Positions 55,193 to 63,798 of a stretch of DNA of 64,000 bases are shown here, piece after piece. Position numbers and translations under genes: made by a program. Location: positions 700 to 64,699 of the forward strand of contig CAVBUY010000002.1 in assembly GCA_963598795.1 (NCBI GenBank). The letters run 5' to 3'. The stretch is from Alistipes shahii (lineage in GTDB: Bacteria; Bacillota_I; Bacilli_A; RFN20; CAG-826). Each line of letters begins with the position of its first letter. Position 1 is the stretch's first letter. The notes below the pieces were generated by a model. It worked only from the letters and a program-made list of their open reading frames with translations, ran no database searches and was not told where the DNA came from.

Positions 55193-55930
55193 ATGATTTG
55201 GCAGATGGAAGCGTTGAAAAAGATATTAAGAGGCAAAAAGCACATCGTCTTCTTCGATTTGGAAGGGACCCAGCTTAGCCATGAAATAATAGAAATCGGA
55301 GCAATTGGCGTTAGCATTGGCGAAGATTGCAAAATAAAGAAATACGCCAAAGGATTTTCTTGTTATGTCAAAGCCAAATCTCCAATCGGCCATTACGTGA
55401 CAGAGATGACCGGGATTACCGAAAAGACTTTGCAAAATAAGGGCCTTATATATCACGAGGCGATAGAAAAATTTAAGAAATACGTCTCAAGGTATAAAGG
55501 GGACGTCATATTCTGCTCATACGGAAACGGGGATATTTTTATGTTGGAGCAGACCGCCTTTGCCAATTTTGACGACGGGACGGACTTTGTTCGTTTTATC
55601 AAAAAGAATTATTTCGATTATTCCTTGTTTTTGGGGCAATATGTGAAAAGCGAGAAGGGGAATATCTATTCCGTTACCAACGCATTAAAGCTTTTCGACG
55701 CCATATTCGAGGGAACGGCGCACGACGCGTTATCGGACGCTAAAAACCTAGCGAATCTATACGAGCAATTTTTGGAGCAAAAAGATACGGTCGCGGCCTT
55801 ATATAAAAAGACCTTATCCGCCTATCGCTCATTGCCTTTGCCGGTACAAAAAGTCATGAATCAGCTTAGATCCGGTAAATCAGTCGACCAAGACGACTAT
55901 ATGAGGTTTATCAAGGAGTCTTTGGATTAA
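55193..55930 (+). CDS. DEDDh 3'-5' exonuclease (DnaQ-like fold)
   Basis: FFDLEGT (Exo I), GNGDI, HDALSDA (Exo III). Start 55193 or 55205. Confidence 0.7.
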   Translation: MIWQMEALKKILRGKKHIVFFDLEGTQLSHEIIEIGAIGVSIGEDCKIKKYAKGFSCYVKAKSPIGHYVTEMTGITEKTLQNKGLIYHEAIEKFKKYVSRYKGDVIFCSYGNGDIFMLEQTAFANFDDGTDFVRFIKKNYFDYSLFLGQYVKSEKGNIYSVTNALKLFDAIFEGTAHDALSDAKNLANLYEQFLEQKDTVAALYKKTLSAYRSLPLPVQKVMNQLRSGKSVDQDDYMRFIKESLD

Positions 55931-56523
55931 TGAACATCAAATATCCGGCGGGATCTATCCCTCCTTCCTCAGTCAAAAAGAACGGCAAAGGAAAAATCAA
56001 AATGTCCATCGCGGCCGGAAACCGGGGCATGGATTTCGAAAACGAAATAAACCAAAGCAACGAATATTATCGCGAAAAGGACATCGCCATCATCACCAAG
56101 AGACCCACTCCGATCAATGTGGTGAAAGTCGATTATTCAAAGGGAGCGAAAATCACCGAAGCCTTCTTCGAAACCCAGTCAACCACCGATTATAACGGGG
56201 TTTATAAATCTCGCTATTTGGATTTCGAAGCCAAATCCACGCATAGCAAAACCTCATTCCCGTTAAAGAATATCGCCCCGCAGCAAATCACCCATTTAGA
56301 AGGCGTTATAAGGCATGGGGGGATAGCTTTCTTTTTGATACATTTGGCTATCACCGAGGAAGTCTATCTTTTAAAAGCCGATTTCGTATGCGAATTCATT
56401 TTAAAAGGCGATAGGCAGTCCATTCCTTTCGAAACCATAAGGGAAAAAGGCTATAAGGTCCCTATAGGATATAGGCCAAGATACGATTATTTATCAATAG
56501 TAGACGAAGTCTTTTTGAAATAA
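55930..56523 (+). CDS. recU: Holliday-junction resolvase RecU
   Basis: NRGMDFENEIN.SN.YY, PTPINVVKV, TDYNGVYKSRYLDFEAKST. Confidence 0.88.
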   Translation: MNIKYPAGSIPPSSVKKNGKGKIKMSIAAGNRGMDFENEINQSNEYYREKDIAIITKRPTPINVVKVDYSKGAKITEAFFETQSTTDYNGVYKSRYLDFEAKSTHSKTSFPLKNIAPQQITHLEGVIRHGGIAFFLIHLAITEEVYLLKADFVCEFILKGDRQSIPFETIREKGYKVPIGYRPRYDYLSIVDEVFLK

Positions 56524-57155
56524 CGGCAATATTTTTTCATCGGGCAATTTAGGCAATCTGGCTTTTTCGCTTTACATTCCTTTCGCCCGAAGGAAATCAA
56601 AGCATGATGCAAAAACTTCATCTCTTCCTTAGGAAATTCTTTCTCTAGTTTCGTTTCTATTTTAGAAGGCGAGTCGTTTTCCAATGCATAGCCTAAACGA
56701 TAAGCGATTCTATTTATGTGGGTGTCCACGGGAATGAAATTCATCTCATTTCTTTCTAAGAGAAACACTTTCGCGGTTTTTTCTCCTACCCCCGGCAATG
56801 ACATAAGCGAGGCTAAATCATGAGGCACTTCGCCATTATATCGATTCATCAAAGCTAGACCCAAATCATGTAGGTTCTTGGCTTTGTTATGGTATAAGCC
56901 CAAAGATTTTATTTCCGATTCAATGTCTTTTATGTCCGCTTTCGCATAGCTTTCTGCGTCTTTATAGCGGGCAAATAAGCTTAAAGTCGCTTTGTTTAAC
57001 GCTTCGTCTGTAGTCTGGGCGGAAAGGGATATGGCAATGAGGCATTCCAAATCGGAAGAAAACCTAAGGGAGCATTTAGCCTCCTTATAGTTCTCCTTAA
57101 GATAAGAAAGAAGATCCTTTGATTTATTCTTCATCTTCCCATTTGTCTTTGGCAA
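56487..57155 (-). CDS. nth: endonuclease III
   Basis: HhH-GPD (LPGVGEKTAKV), HNKAKN, C-terminal 4-Cys cluster C..KKPDCLNCP....C. The 3' end overlaps the recU 3' end by 37 nt. Start uncertain (57155 or 57134). Confidence 0.88.
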   Translation of the reverse strand: MPKTNGKMKNKSKDLLSYLKENYKEAKCSLRFSSDLECLIAISLSAQTTDEALNKATLSLFARYKDAESYAKADIKDIESEIKSLGLYHNKAKNLHDLGLALMNRYNGEVPHDLASLMSLPGVGEKTAKVFLLERNEMNFIPVDTHINRIAYRLGYALENDSPSKIETKLEKEFPKEEMKFLHHALISFGRKECKAKKPDCLNCPMKKYCRYFKKTSSTIDK

Positions 57156-57780
57156 TCTTCAAAGAAGAGGAAATGTCCTTCTCCCAGTTGGGGGAAGTGG
57201 CGGTATAGCCCTCTTCCTCGATATCGGAAGCAGCGCGCCTGGCTCTAAGTCTTCTATCGATAAATTTGATATTTGGTTTGCCTTCGCGAATCGAATCCTT
57301 CAAGGCGTTTTCCACTTCGTCGACTTTATATCCGGCTAAAACCCAATCGGTGAGTTTCCCTTTTTCTAATGGGGTTAAGGTTCTAGAAAAACGTTCCTCA
57401 AATAGATCGTTGAGAATAGTAATCCTTTTTTGGGTTTCTTCTTCCTTGGCCTTTTCTTCTTCGTAACGCATTTTCTTAGCCAAATCGCGGCTTAATTTCC
57501 TATATATCGGATCCAAGGTCGTCACCAATTTGCCATCCTTCATTTCGTAGGAAATCATCTGTTTTTTCAATAAGCCCGCCAAAAGAGCGTCAATATCTTT
57601 GCTATCCATCGTCATTTTCAAAGACAAATTGTCCGCGTTTATCAAAGTGTTCCCTTGCTCTAAAAGATGGTCGACCATAAGCAAGACGGCCAATTCGTTT
57701 TCGTTAAGTCCAAGACCCTTATATTGTTCCAAAATCATATAACGGAACCCAACGGCCCCCAATGCGGCGTTCATGCTCAT
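57124..57780 (-). CDS. dnaD: DnaD-domain replication initiation protein
   Basis: 218 aa. wHTH-like N-domain plus C-terminal DnaD motif (LTPLEKGKLTDWV...). Sits between cca and nth; in B. subtilis dnaD lies next to nth. Confidence 0.7.
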   Translation of the reverse strand: MSMNAALGAVGFRYMILEQYKGLGLNENELAVLLMVDHLLEQGNTLINADNLSLKMTMDSKDIDALLAGLLKKQMISYEMKDGKLVTTLDPIYRKLSRDLAKKMRYEEEKAKEEETQKRITILNDLFEERFSRTLTPLEKGKLTDWVLAGYKVDEVENALKDSIREGKPNIKFIDRRLRARRAASDIEEEGYTATSPNWEKDISSSLKIAKDKWEDEE

Positions 57781-58403
57781 AATTTTACTCCCAAAGAAGC
57801 CTTTCTCTTTTCCTCGTTTATTTTTTCAGGTTTTATCAAGCTTACCAAACTTTTCCCTTTTTCTATGGCCTTCAATGAATCCTCTTCGATTTTAAAACCA
57901 AGTACTTTGGCAAATCGTTTAGCCCTTAATATCCTCAAGGGATCTTCTTTTATTCTTTCCTCTGGTTTGCCTATAAACCTGATTATTTTATCTTCCAAGT
58001 CCTTTTTGCCCCCATAGAAATCCAACAAAGAATAATTCTCGTCTAAGTACATGGCATTGATGGTGAAATCTCGTCTCTTGGCGTCTATTTCCGGATCGGT
58101 TATGAATTTGATGTAGGAAGGGTGTCTCGAATCATCGTATTCCCCTTCTTCCCGCAAAGTGGTTATGTCTACTTCTTCATTATTTATTTTTAACCTCACC
58201 GATCCGTATTTGGCGAATACGTAATTCCCTTCCGGAACGATCTCTTTCATCTCTTCAGGCGTTGCGTCCGTCACCATGTCGTGATCTATATAAGGCTTAT
58301 TTAAAAGAAGGTCTCTTACCGAGCCTCCCACCAAATAGAGCCTTTTGCCTTTGGCGGCGAATCTTTCCTTAAGTTCATCGAAGATCAAATCTCTCATAGC
58401 CAT
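57777..58403 (-). CDS. cca: class-II tRNA nucleotidyltransferase, head + neck only (208 aa)
   Basis: GGSVRD, DHD, RRDFTINAM, DPLRILRAKRFA. Ends in an ATGA overlap with dnaD, so there is no room for body or tail domains. Confidence 0.7.
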   Translation of the reverse strand: MAMRDLIFDELKERFAAKGKRLYLVGGSVRDLLLNKPYIDHDMVTDATPEEMKEIVPEGNYVFAKYGSVRLKINNEEVDITTLREEGEYDDSRHPSYIKFITDPEIDAKRRDFTINAMYLDENYSLLDFYGGKKDLEDKIIRFIGKPEERIKEDPLRILRAKRFAKVLGFKIEEDSLKAIEKGKSLVSLIKPEKINEEKRKASLGVKL

Positions 58404-58463
58404 ATTCTAGCAAAATAAAAAAATCCAAGGAATCGTTTCCCTGGATTTTAAGAATCATTTCAA

Positions 58464-58739
58464 TTAGCCGTTGAGCTTGTCTTTGAGGGATTTGGAAACC
58501 TTCAAATTGATGGTAGCAGAAGCCGGGATGATGATCTTTTCCTGGTTGGAAGGGTTGGTTCCTTCTCTCTGAGCGCGGGCTTTCTTGGTGAAAACGCCGA
58601 ATCCGGAGATCTTGACGGCTTCGCCTTTGACTAAGGCTGCTTCGACGATGGAAAGAGCGGCCTCAATGACGTCTTCGGCTTCCTTTTTGGAAACTTCGGC
58701 TTTTTCTGCCACAGCAAGAATCAAATCTGTTTTGTTCAT
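58464..58739 (-). CDS. hup: HU-family DNA-binding protein
   Basis: MNKTDLI..VAEKAEVSKKEAE..., GFGVF..K.RA.R.GTNP. Confidence 0.92.
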   Translation of the reverse strand: MNKTDLILAVAEKAEVSKKEAEDVIEAALSIVEAALVKGEAVKISGFGVFTKKARAQREGTNPSNQEKIIIPASATINLKVSKSLKDKLNG

Positions 58740-58967
58740 TGGAATGTACTCCTTGTTTGCTTTGTGCACTCAATTTATCACATTGGGCATTAATTTCAAG
58801 CGAAAACAAAAAGTTTGATGAAAACTAATCATTCTCTTTTAAAAGATACAAAGCCCGACCACATTTCATTAAAAGGTAGCATACCTAAAATTATATTGAT
58901 TTTTCGAGACTTCTTTTTCTATGGAATCCATTCATAACGATATAAACAAACACAGAAATAAATTAGT

Positions 58968-58995
58968 TTGTAGTTATTAACTACATGAGTATAAT
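58968..58995 (+). promoter_or_regulatory. putative sigma-A promoter (TTGTAG-16-TATAAT), overlapped by a 7/7 inverted repeat GTAGTTA-T-TAACTAC
   Basis: TTGTAG 58968-58973 and TATAAT 58990-58995, the same architecture as the paralogue promoter at 19873-19900. Confidence 0.4.
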
Positions 58996-59222
58996 TAACA
59001 CGCTTTAGAAAGGACTCAATATGGAAGAAGAGAAAAAAGAAGCCGTTAACGAGACGTCCGAATCCGTTAACGAAGAGAAAAAAGAAAAGAAAGACGTTAA
59101 GGTAATAATCAACCAATTCGTCGAAAAACACGGAAAGAAAAACTGCATCATCTATGCCTCAATCTGCGGCGCGGTGATCCTCGCCTTGGTTTTGGGCTTA
59201 GGCCTTGGACTTGGGCTCAACA
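58990..59222 (+). repeat. conserved promoter / 5'UTR / signal-anchor module, copy 2 (inverted partner at 19650-19878)
   Basis: See copy 1. Core 59000-59076 is almost identical to the reverse complement of 19791-19868. Confidence 0.8.
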
Positions 59223-60193
59223 AAAAGGCCCCGATAGTCGACGCTGAAACTTGGAAAGCCAGAGCCGACGAAATCCAAACCAAACACGATGATTCCGATA
59301 GCGGTTATGTAGTTCCCACCAAAGCCACTGTAAAGTTGGGATATGGCTATAAAAAAGATTATTCTGATGGCGTAATCGACAACGACTATAAAACCGTGAC
59401 TTGGAAATACGATTACGATAATTTAATCGTTGCAGGCCAATCTAACTCGGGACACAAATATAGCGGCGATGCTGAAAAAATCAACTATCACTGCTCCGAC
59501 AATGAATCCTATGACATCGACAACGAATATTATTTCTGGGCCGATTTGGATGAGAAGAAAGCCTATATAGTCGCTTCTCAAGATTCCGTCACTAAGTCGA
59601 TGTATTTCTTTATCACTGACGAGGAAATAGCCTCACTTAAGGCAAATCCAGAACTAATGTTGAGTGAACTCAATGACAATTGCGCCTCTGCTTTCGAGAA
59701 ACAATTGCAAAAATTAGGAGATGAATCCCTCAACAATTTTGAGTGGGCTTACCCAGAATATCCTTTGTCTGAAATGACTATTATGGCCTCACCCAAGGAC
59801 TACTACGAGCAGTACTACGATGTGCTAATGGAAAAAGGAAGCATTTATATGGGCGGCGATTTGCTCTTTGCGGATTACACCATGGAGAAGCTCGACCTCC
59901 GTTCTTCCGGTTCCGGAAACCTCAGCTTTGAATTCGTCGGCACGGCTGACAAGGACCAAGAATATACGGAAGCTGTCAAAGACATGGTCAAACATATCTC
60001 CGGAAAATCTTCCGCCGAACTTGCCTATGACAACTACAATATGACTTACTTTGGAGTCGATAGGAAGGCAACCGTCGATCTCACCGGTGATTGTACTTGC
60101 GACGTCACCTTCAATCAGTACTACGAAGTGAATTACAGCAAAGTCAAAATCTCAAAGCCGTCCGTCGTCAACCTCATCAACGGCATGGAATAA
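59021..60193 (+). CDS. membrane-anchored surface protein, paralogous N-terminus, unrelated ectodomain
   Basis: 390 aa. MEEEKKEAVNETSESVNEE...VEKHGKKNCIIYASICGAVILALVLGLGLGLGL matches the 18545-19846 product. The remainder has no family I recognise. Confidence 0.6.
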   Translation: MEEEKKEAVNETSESVNEEKKEKKDVKVIINQFVEKHGKKNCIIYASICGAVILALVLGLGLGLGLNKKAPIVDAETWKARADEIQTKHDDSDSGYVVPTKATVKLGYGYKKDYSDGVIDNDYKTVTWKYDYDNLIVAGQSNSGHKYSGDAEKINYHCSDNESYDIDNEYYFWADLDEKKAYIVASQDSVTKSMYFFITDEEIASLKANPELMLSELNDNCASAFEKQLQKLGDESLNNFEWAYPEYPLSEMTIMASPKDYYEQYYDVLMEKGSIYMGGDLLFADYTMEKLDLRSSGSGNLSFEFVGTADKDQEYTEAVKDMVKHISGKSSAELAYDNYNMTYFGVDRKATVDLTGDCTCDVTFNQYYEVNYSKVKISKPSVVNLINGME

Positions 60194-60204
60194 GAAAAAC
60201 GAAA

Positions 60205-60233
60205 ACGCATCGTTCATCGCGATGCGTTTTTTT
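60205..60233. terminator. hairpin terminator between convergent genes
   Basis: ACGCATCG-ttcatcg-CGATGCGT + TTTTTT, with an A-run on the other side. Confidence 0.65.
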
Positions 60234-60254
60234 GTACTAAATTTTTATGCGCGT

Positions 60255-61559
60255 TTATTTTCTTTGCCTATAAACGATATCGATTGGGGAGCCTTCAAAA
60301 TCAAACGTTTCTCTCAATCTGTTTAATAAATAGCGCGTATAGCTGAAATGGACGAACTTCGGGTCGTTGCAGAAAAACACGAACTTCGGCGGGCAAACGT
60401 CGATTTGAGAAGCATAAACGATTTTCAGCCTGCCATGGTTGAATAACGGTGTGGGGTTCATGGCTTGGGCATCCAAAACTATTTCATTCAATATATTCGT
60501 CGGAATGCGGCGATTATAGCCTTCATAAGCCTTTAATATGGCCGGCAATATCTTTTCGACGTTATGTCCCGTTTTGGCGGAAACGAAAAGTATGGGGGCA
60601 TAATCCAAGAACTTGAATTCTTTTCTTATTTCCTTAATGAATTCCTCGGCGTCTTTTTCCCCTTTGGCCACATCCCATTTGTTGACGACGATGAGAATGG
60701 CTTTCTTGGCATCTATGGCGTATCCGACGACATGTTTGTCTTGTTCGGTTATGCCTACCTCTCCATCGATTACTAAGACGGCGACTTTGGATCTATCTAT
60801 GGCCGCCAAAGCCCTTAAGGCCGCGTATTTGTCGATGGCTTCGTATATCTTTCCGCGTTTAACCAAACCAGCCGTATCGATAACCACGTAATTTTGGTCA
60901 TTGAATCTAAAGGGCGAATCGATTGAATCCCTAGTCGTCCCGGCAACGTTGGAAACGATAGTCCTCTCGTTATTCAGCAATTTGTTGCTTAAGGATGACT
61001 TTCCGACATTCGGGCGCCCGATCAAACAAAAAGGAATGGCGTCTTCATAAACGTCTTTTCCTTTTTCCGGCAACAAGGCGATTATCTTATCTAGCAAATC
61101 TCCGATGCCTATGCCATGCGCCCCGGATATAGCCAATGGTTCCCCTAAGCCCAAACGGTAGAATTCGGTTAGATCCCCTATTTCTTGGATAGAGTCTATT
61201 TTGTTGGCCGCCAAAACGATTGGCTTGTTGCTTTTTTGAAGAAGCCTTGCGATGAATTTGTCATCCTGAGAGCAGCCGAGCTTCCCATCCACCAAGAAAA
61301 GAATGACATCGGCTTGTTCGATGGCGATGTCGACTTGGGCCCTTATTTCCACTTGGAACGGGGCGTCCTTTATCTGAATTCCGCCCGTATCAATAACGGT
61401 AAATTCTTTGGTGAGCCACTCGCCTTTGCCATAAAGCCTATCCCTGGTTACGCCCCTGGTTGGCTCGACTATGGCTTTTCTTTCTCCGACTATGCGGTTG
61501 AACACGGTGCTTTTCCCGGCGCTTGGCGCACCCACTATAGCTAAAGTTCCCAACTGCAT
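60255..61559 (-). CDS. der: ribosome-associated GTPase Der (EngA)
   Basis: Two G domains (GAPSAGKST, GRPNVGKSS) plus a KH-like C-terminus. Confidence 0.93.
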   Translation of the reverse strand: MQLGTLAIVGAPSAGKSTVFNRIVGERKAIVEPTRGVTRDRLYGKGEWLTKEFTVIDTGGIQIKDAPFQVEIRAQVDIAIEQADVILFLVDGKLGCSQDDKFIARLLQKSNKPIVLAANKIDSIQEIGDLTEFYRLGLGEPLAISGAHGIGIGDLLDKIIALLPEKGKDVYEDAIPFCLIGRPNVGKSSLSNKLLNNERTIVSNVAGTTRDSIDSPFRFNDQNYVVIDTAGLVKRGKIYEAIDKYAALRALAAIDRSKVAVLVIDGEVGITEQDKHVVGYAIDAKKAILIVVNKWDVAKGEKDAEEFIKEIRKEFKFLDYAPILFVSAKTGHNVEKILPAILKAYEGYNRRIPTNILNEIVLDAQAMNPTPLFNHGRLKIVYASQIDVCPPKFVFFCNDPKFVHFSYTRYLLNRLRETFDFEGSPIDIVYRQRK

Positions 61560-62230
61560 TAGGCTTCGACTCCCGTTTTCTTTTTAATGATTTCTAATAT
61601 TGCGTCAATGGATTCTTTTATAGTCAGACATGATGTGTCCAACAAAACCGAATCCGTGGCCGGCTTAAGGGGATCGAATTCCCTGCCGGAATCTATTTTG
61701 TCTCTCAAACGAAGCTCTTCTTCCACGCTTTTTAACGTGCAATGTATGCCTTTTTCCAAATTTTCCTCGTAACGCCTAACGGCCCTGGTTTCCACCGAGG
61801 CGATTTGAAAGATCTTTACTTGGGCGTTGGGCAATACATAAGTCCCGATATCCCTTCCATCCATGACCACGGATTTGGATTCCGCCATTTTCCTTTGCAT
61901 TTCTATCAAAGCCAAACGGACGGGTTTCATGGCGGCGATATAGCTGACTTGCCCGGAAACTAACGGAAGCCTAATCTCTTTGGTCACGTCGTCTCCATTG
62001 CATAAAACCGCCCCATCCGGTTTCAATTCGATGCTGAGGTCCTTTAAAACCTTTACGGCTTGATTCTCGTTTTGCGGATCTAATCCGGCTTTGATTACGG
62101 CGTAAGTGACCGCCCTATACATAGCTCCGGTATCGATATAAGTGAATCCCAAAGTCGAAGCCACGGCTTTGGCCACCGTTGATTTTCCGGCTGCGGCCGG
62201 CCCATCGATTGCTATTGCGATATGTTCCAT
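61559..62230 (-). CDS. cmk: cytidylate kinase
   Basis: IAIDGPAAAGKSTVAK, YIDTGAMYR, MDGRDIGT. Confidence 0.92.
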   Translation of the reverse strand: MEHIAIAIDGPAAAGKSTVAKAVASTLGFTYIDTGAMYRAVTYAVIKAGLDPQNENQAVKVLKDLSIELKPDGAVLCNGDDVTKEIRLPLVSGQVSYIAAMKPVRLALIEMQRKMAESKSVVMDGRDIGTYVLPNAQVKIFQIASVETRAVRRYEENLEKGIHCTLKSVEEELRLRDKIDSGREFDPLKPATDSVLLDTSCLTIKESIDAILEIIKKKTGVEA

Positions 62231-62234
62231 ATAT

Positions 62235-62531
62235 TTACCTCACCCACATAACATAAAGGACGATCATGAATATCAAAGCGACCGCGAACAAAGTGAATTT
62301 CAAGATGTTCAAGGTTTGCTTTTGCTGTTTGTATTTTTCGTAACCGACCACGCGTTTCTTCTTATTTTGCTTATCCAAGGTTATGGCGTTAGAGCCCAAA
62401 GCTTTACCGGCGTAAGCCATCTCGTCCGCCGAATGTTTGGAAGAATGCTTTTTCGAAAAAGCGAAAGTCCATTTCGGGGAGGTGGCAATCCTTGTTCGGT
62501 ATTTCTCGTAACGTTCAATCCTGGTTTGCAT
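62235..62531 (-). CDS. hypothetical tail-anchored membrane protein
   Basis: 98 aa. Basic N-terminal 70 aa and one C-terminal TM (FTLFAVALIFMIVLYVMWV). Confidence 0.45.
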   Translation of the reverse strand: MQTRIERYEKYRTRIATSPKWTFAFSKKHSSKHSADEMAYAGKALGSNAITLDKQNKKKRVVGYEKYKQQKQTLNILKFTLFAVALIFMIVLYVMWVR

Positions 62532-62664
62532 AACTCGTATTCTACATTAATATGCCCACACATTCATTCATGAATGAAAAACAAAATGATATTTGACGCA
62601 TCTTGGATTGAAGAAATCATTTTACGCACCTATAATGTGGCTACTTATTTTGGAGGATCCAACA

Positions 62665-62847
62665 ATGCCAAAAGCCAGCGTTAACAATGATGCTTGCATC
62701 GGATGCGGTCTCTGCGTCGGAAGCGCCCCTGACGTTTTCGAATTCGGAGATGACGGCAAGGCTGTCGCGATCGAAGGTGTCGAGGCCGATGCCTCTGCCG
62801 ACGAAGCCGCTGCCAACTGCCCGGTTTCCGCTATCACCATCGAATAA
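62665..62847 (+). CDS. fer: ferredoxin (single 4Fe-4S cluster type)
   Basis: Start MPKASV behind GGAGG. CIGCGLC...CP, acidic, 60 aa. Confidence 0.85.
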   Translation: MPKASVNNDACIGCGLCVGSAPDVFEFGDDGKAVAIEGVEADASADEAAANCPVSAITIE

Positions 62848-62864
62848 TCATTGCATTATTAATG

Positions 62865-62891
62865 AAAAGACTCGCTGCAGCGGGTCTTTTT
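62865..62891. terminator. bidirectional hairpin terminator between fer and ribU
   Basis: AAAA-GACTCGCTGCAGCGGGTC-TTTTT. Confidence 0.65.
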
Positions 62892-62899
62892 GTTATTTA

Positions 62900-63592
62900 T
62901 CAATCTTTTTCGAACCTAAGCAATACATGAATGTAACGATATATGATGAATGTGACGATTATGACTATCGCGTCCTTCATGGCGTTTAAAGGCAAGACCG
63001 CATATATCCCATAAGGCCAACCTAATGAAGTGATCTTTGGATTGGCGGCTTGACATAAACTTAATAAGGCGCCTTCCGGAAAACCCATCACGAACATATA
63101 AAATGGCAACATGACGTAGATGTTCATAACCACCGAGACTATCAGTTGAATAACTGTGCCAACGGAAAATCCGACGGCCACGCCTTTTAGGTTACGCCAC
63201 TTCTTATAAATCAATACAGTAGGCAAAACGAAGGATAAAGAAAAAATCAAATCGGCCAATTCCCCGACTATCAAAGTCGAGGTAAAGGGCATCTTTATCA
63301 AAGTTTTTATCAAAATGACCCCGATAGCCGCCAATGGCCCATAAGCGAATCCGGCGATGAAAGTGGGTATCTCATCGAAATGGATGGCCAAAAAACTAGG
63401 GAAAAACGGCAAATGGATCTGAAAGACAGGAATGACGTAAAGGATGGCTGACAAAGCCCCGAATACGGCTATTCGGGCGCACATCCTCACCGTCGTTTTC
63501 TTTTTCCCGCCCGTCTTTTTGCCAACTAGCAAAGCTCCGATTAAGGCAAGCAAGAAGAATCCGAATACGCAAACGTATATTTGCCAGTTCAT
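62900..63592 (-). CDS. ribU: riboflavin ECF-transporter S component (RibU/FmnP-like)
   Basis: Start MNWQIY (63592). LPFFPSFLAIHFDEIPTFIAGFAYGP resembles the FmnP motif FLKLDFSD.P..I..F..GP. Preceded by an FMN riboswitch. Confidence 0.8.
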   Translation of the reverse strand: MNWQIYVCVFGFFLLALIGALLVGKKTGGKKKTTVRMCARIAVFGALSAILYVIPVFQIHLPFFPSFLAIHFDEIPTFIAGFAYGPLAAIGVILIKTLIKMPFTSTLIVGELADLIFSLSFVLPTVLIYKKWRNLKGVAVGFSVGTVIQLIVSVVMNIYVMLPFYMFVMGFPEGALLSLCQAANPKITSLGWPYGIYAVLPLNAMKDAIVIIVTFIIYRYIHVLLRFEKD

Positions 63593-63620
63593 AAAAAATA
63601 CCCCCTCGCTGCAGGGGGAG
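63593..63620 (-). terminator. expression-platform terminator of the FMN riboswitch
   Basis: Minus strand: CUCCCCCUGCAGCGAGGGGGUA + UUUUUU, immediately before the ribU start. Confidence 0.6.
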
Positions 63621-63649
63621 CAAACCGATCCGATATCAAAGGAAAGGTC

Positions 63650-63762
63650 ATCGCTTCTTCCATCCGGACTATACCGTTGGTACCGGAATCTCACCGGTTC
63701 GTGCCTAACTAGGCTCGCGGACTTTACCGCCAGTCGACGATTCTAACGTCTCCCTGAAGCGA
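63650..63762 (-). promoter_or_regulatory. FMN riboswitch (RFN element)
   Basis: Minus strand: CGCUUCAGGGAGACG...GGCGGUAAAGUCCGCGAGCC...GGUGAGAUUCCGGUACCAACGGUAUAGUCCGGAUGGAAGAAGCG matches the conserved RFN blocks. Confidence 0.85.
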
Positions 63763-63798
63763 AATTATTTTAATCCAGTCATTCGACTTGTAAAGAAC

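Noticed and set aside
62869-63620. Shared 10-mer CTCGCTGCAG in the two hairpins flanking ribU (62871-62880 and 63605-63614), considered as possible target-site or att duplication
   Set aside because: A 10-nt match inside two GC-rich terminator stems is compatible with chance or convergent hairpin design. ribU with its FMN riboswitch is a normal chromosomal unit.
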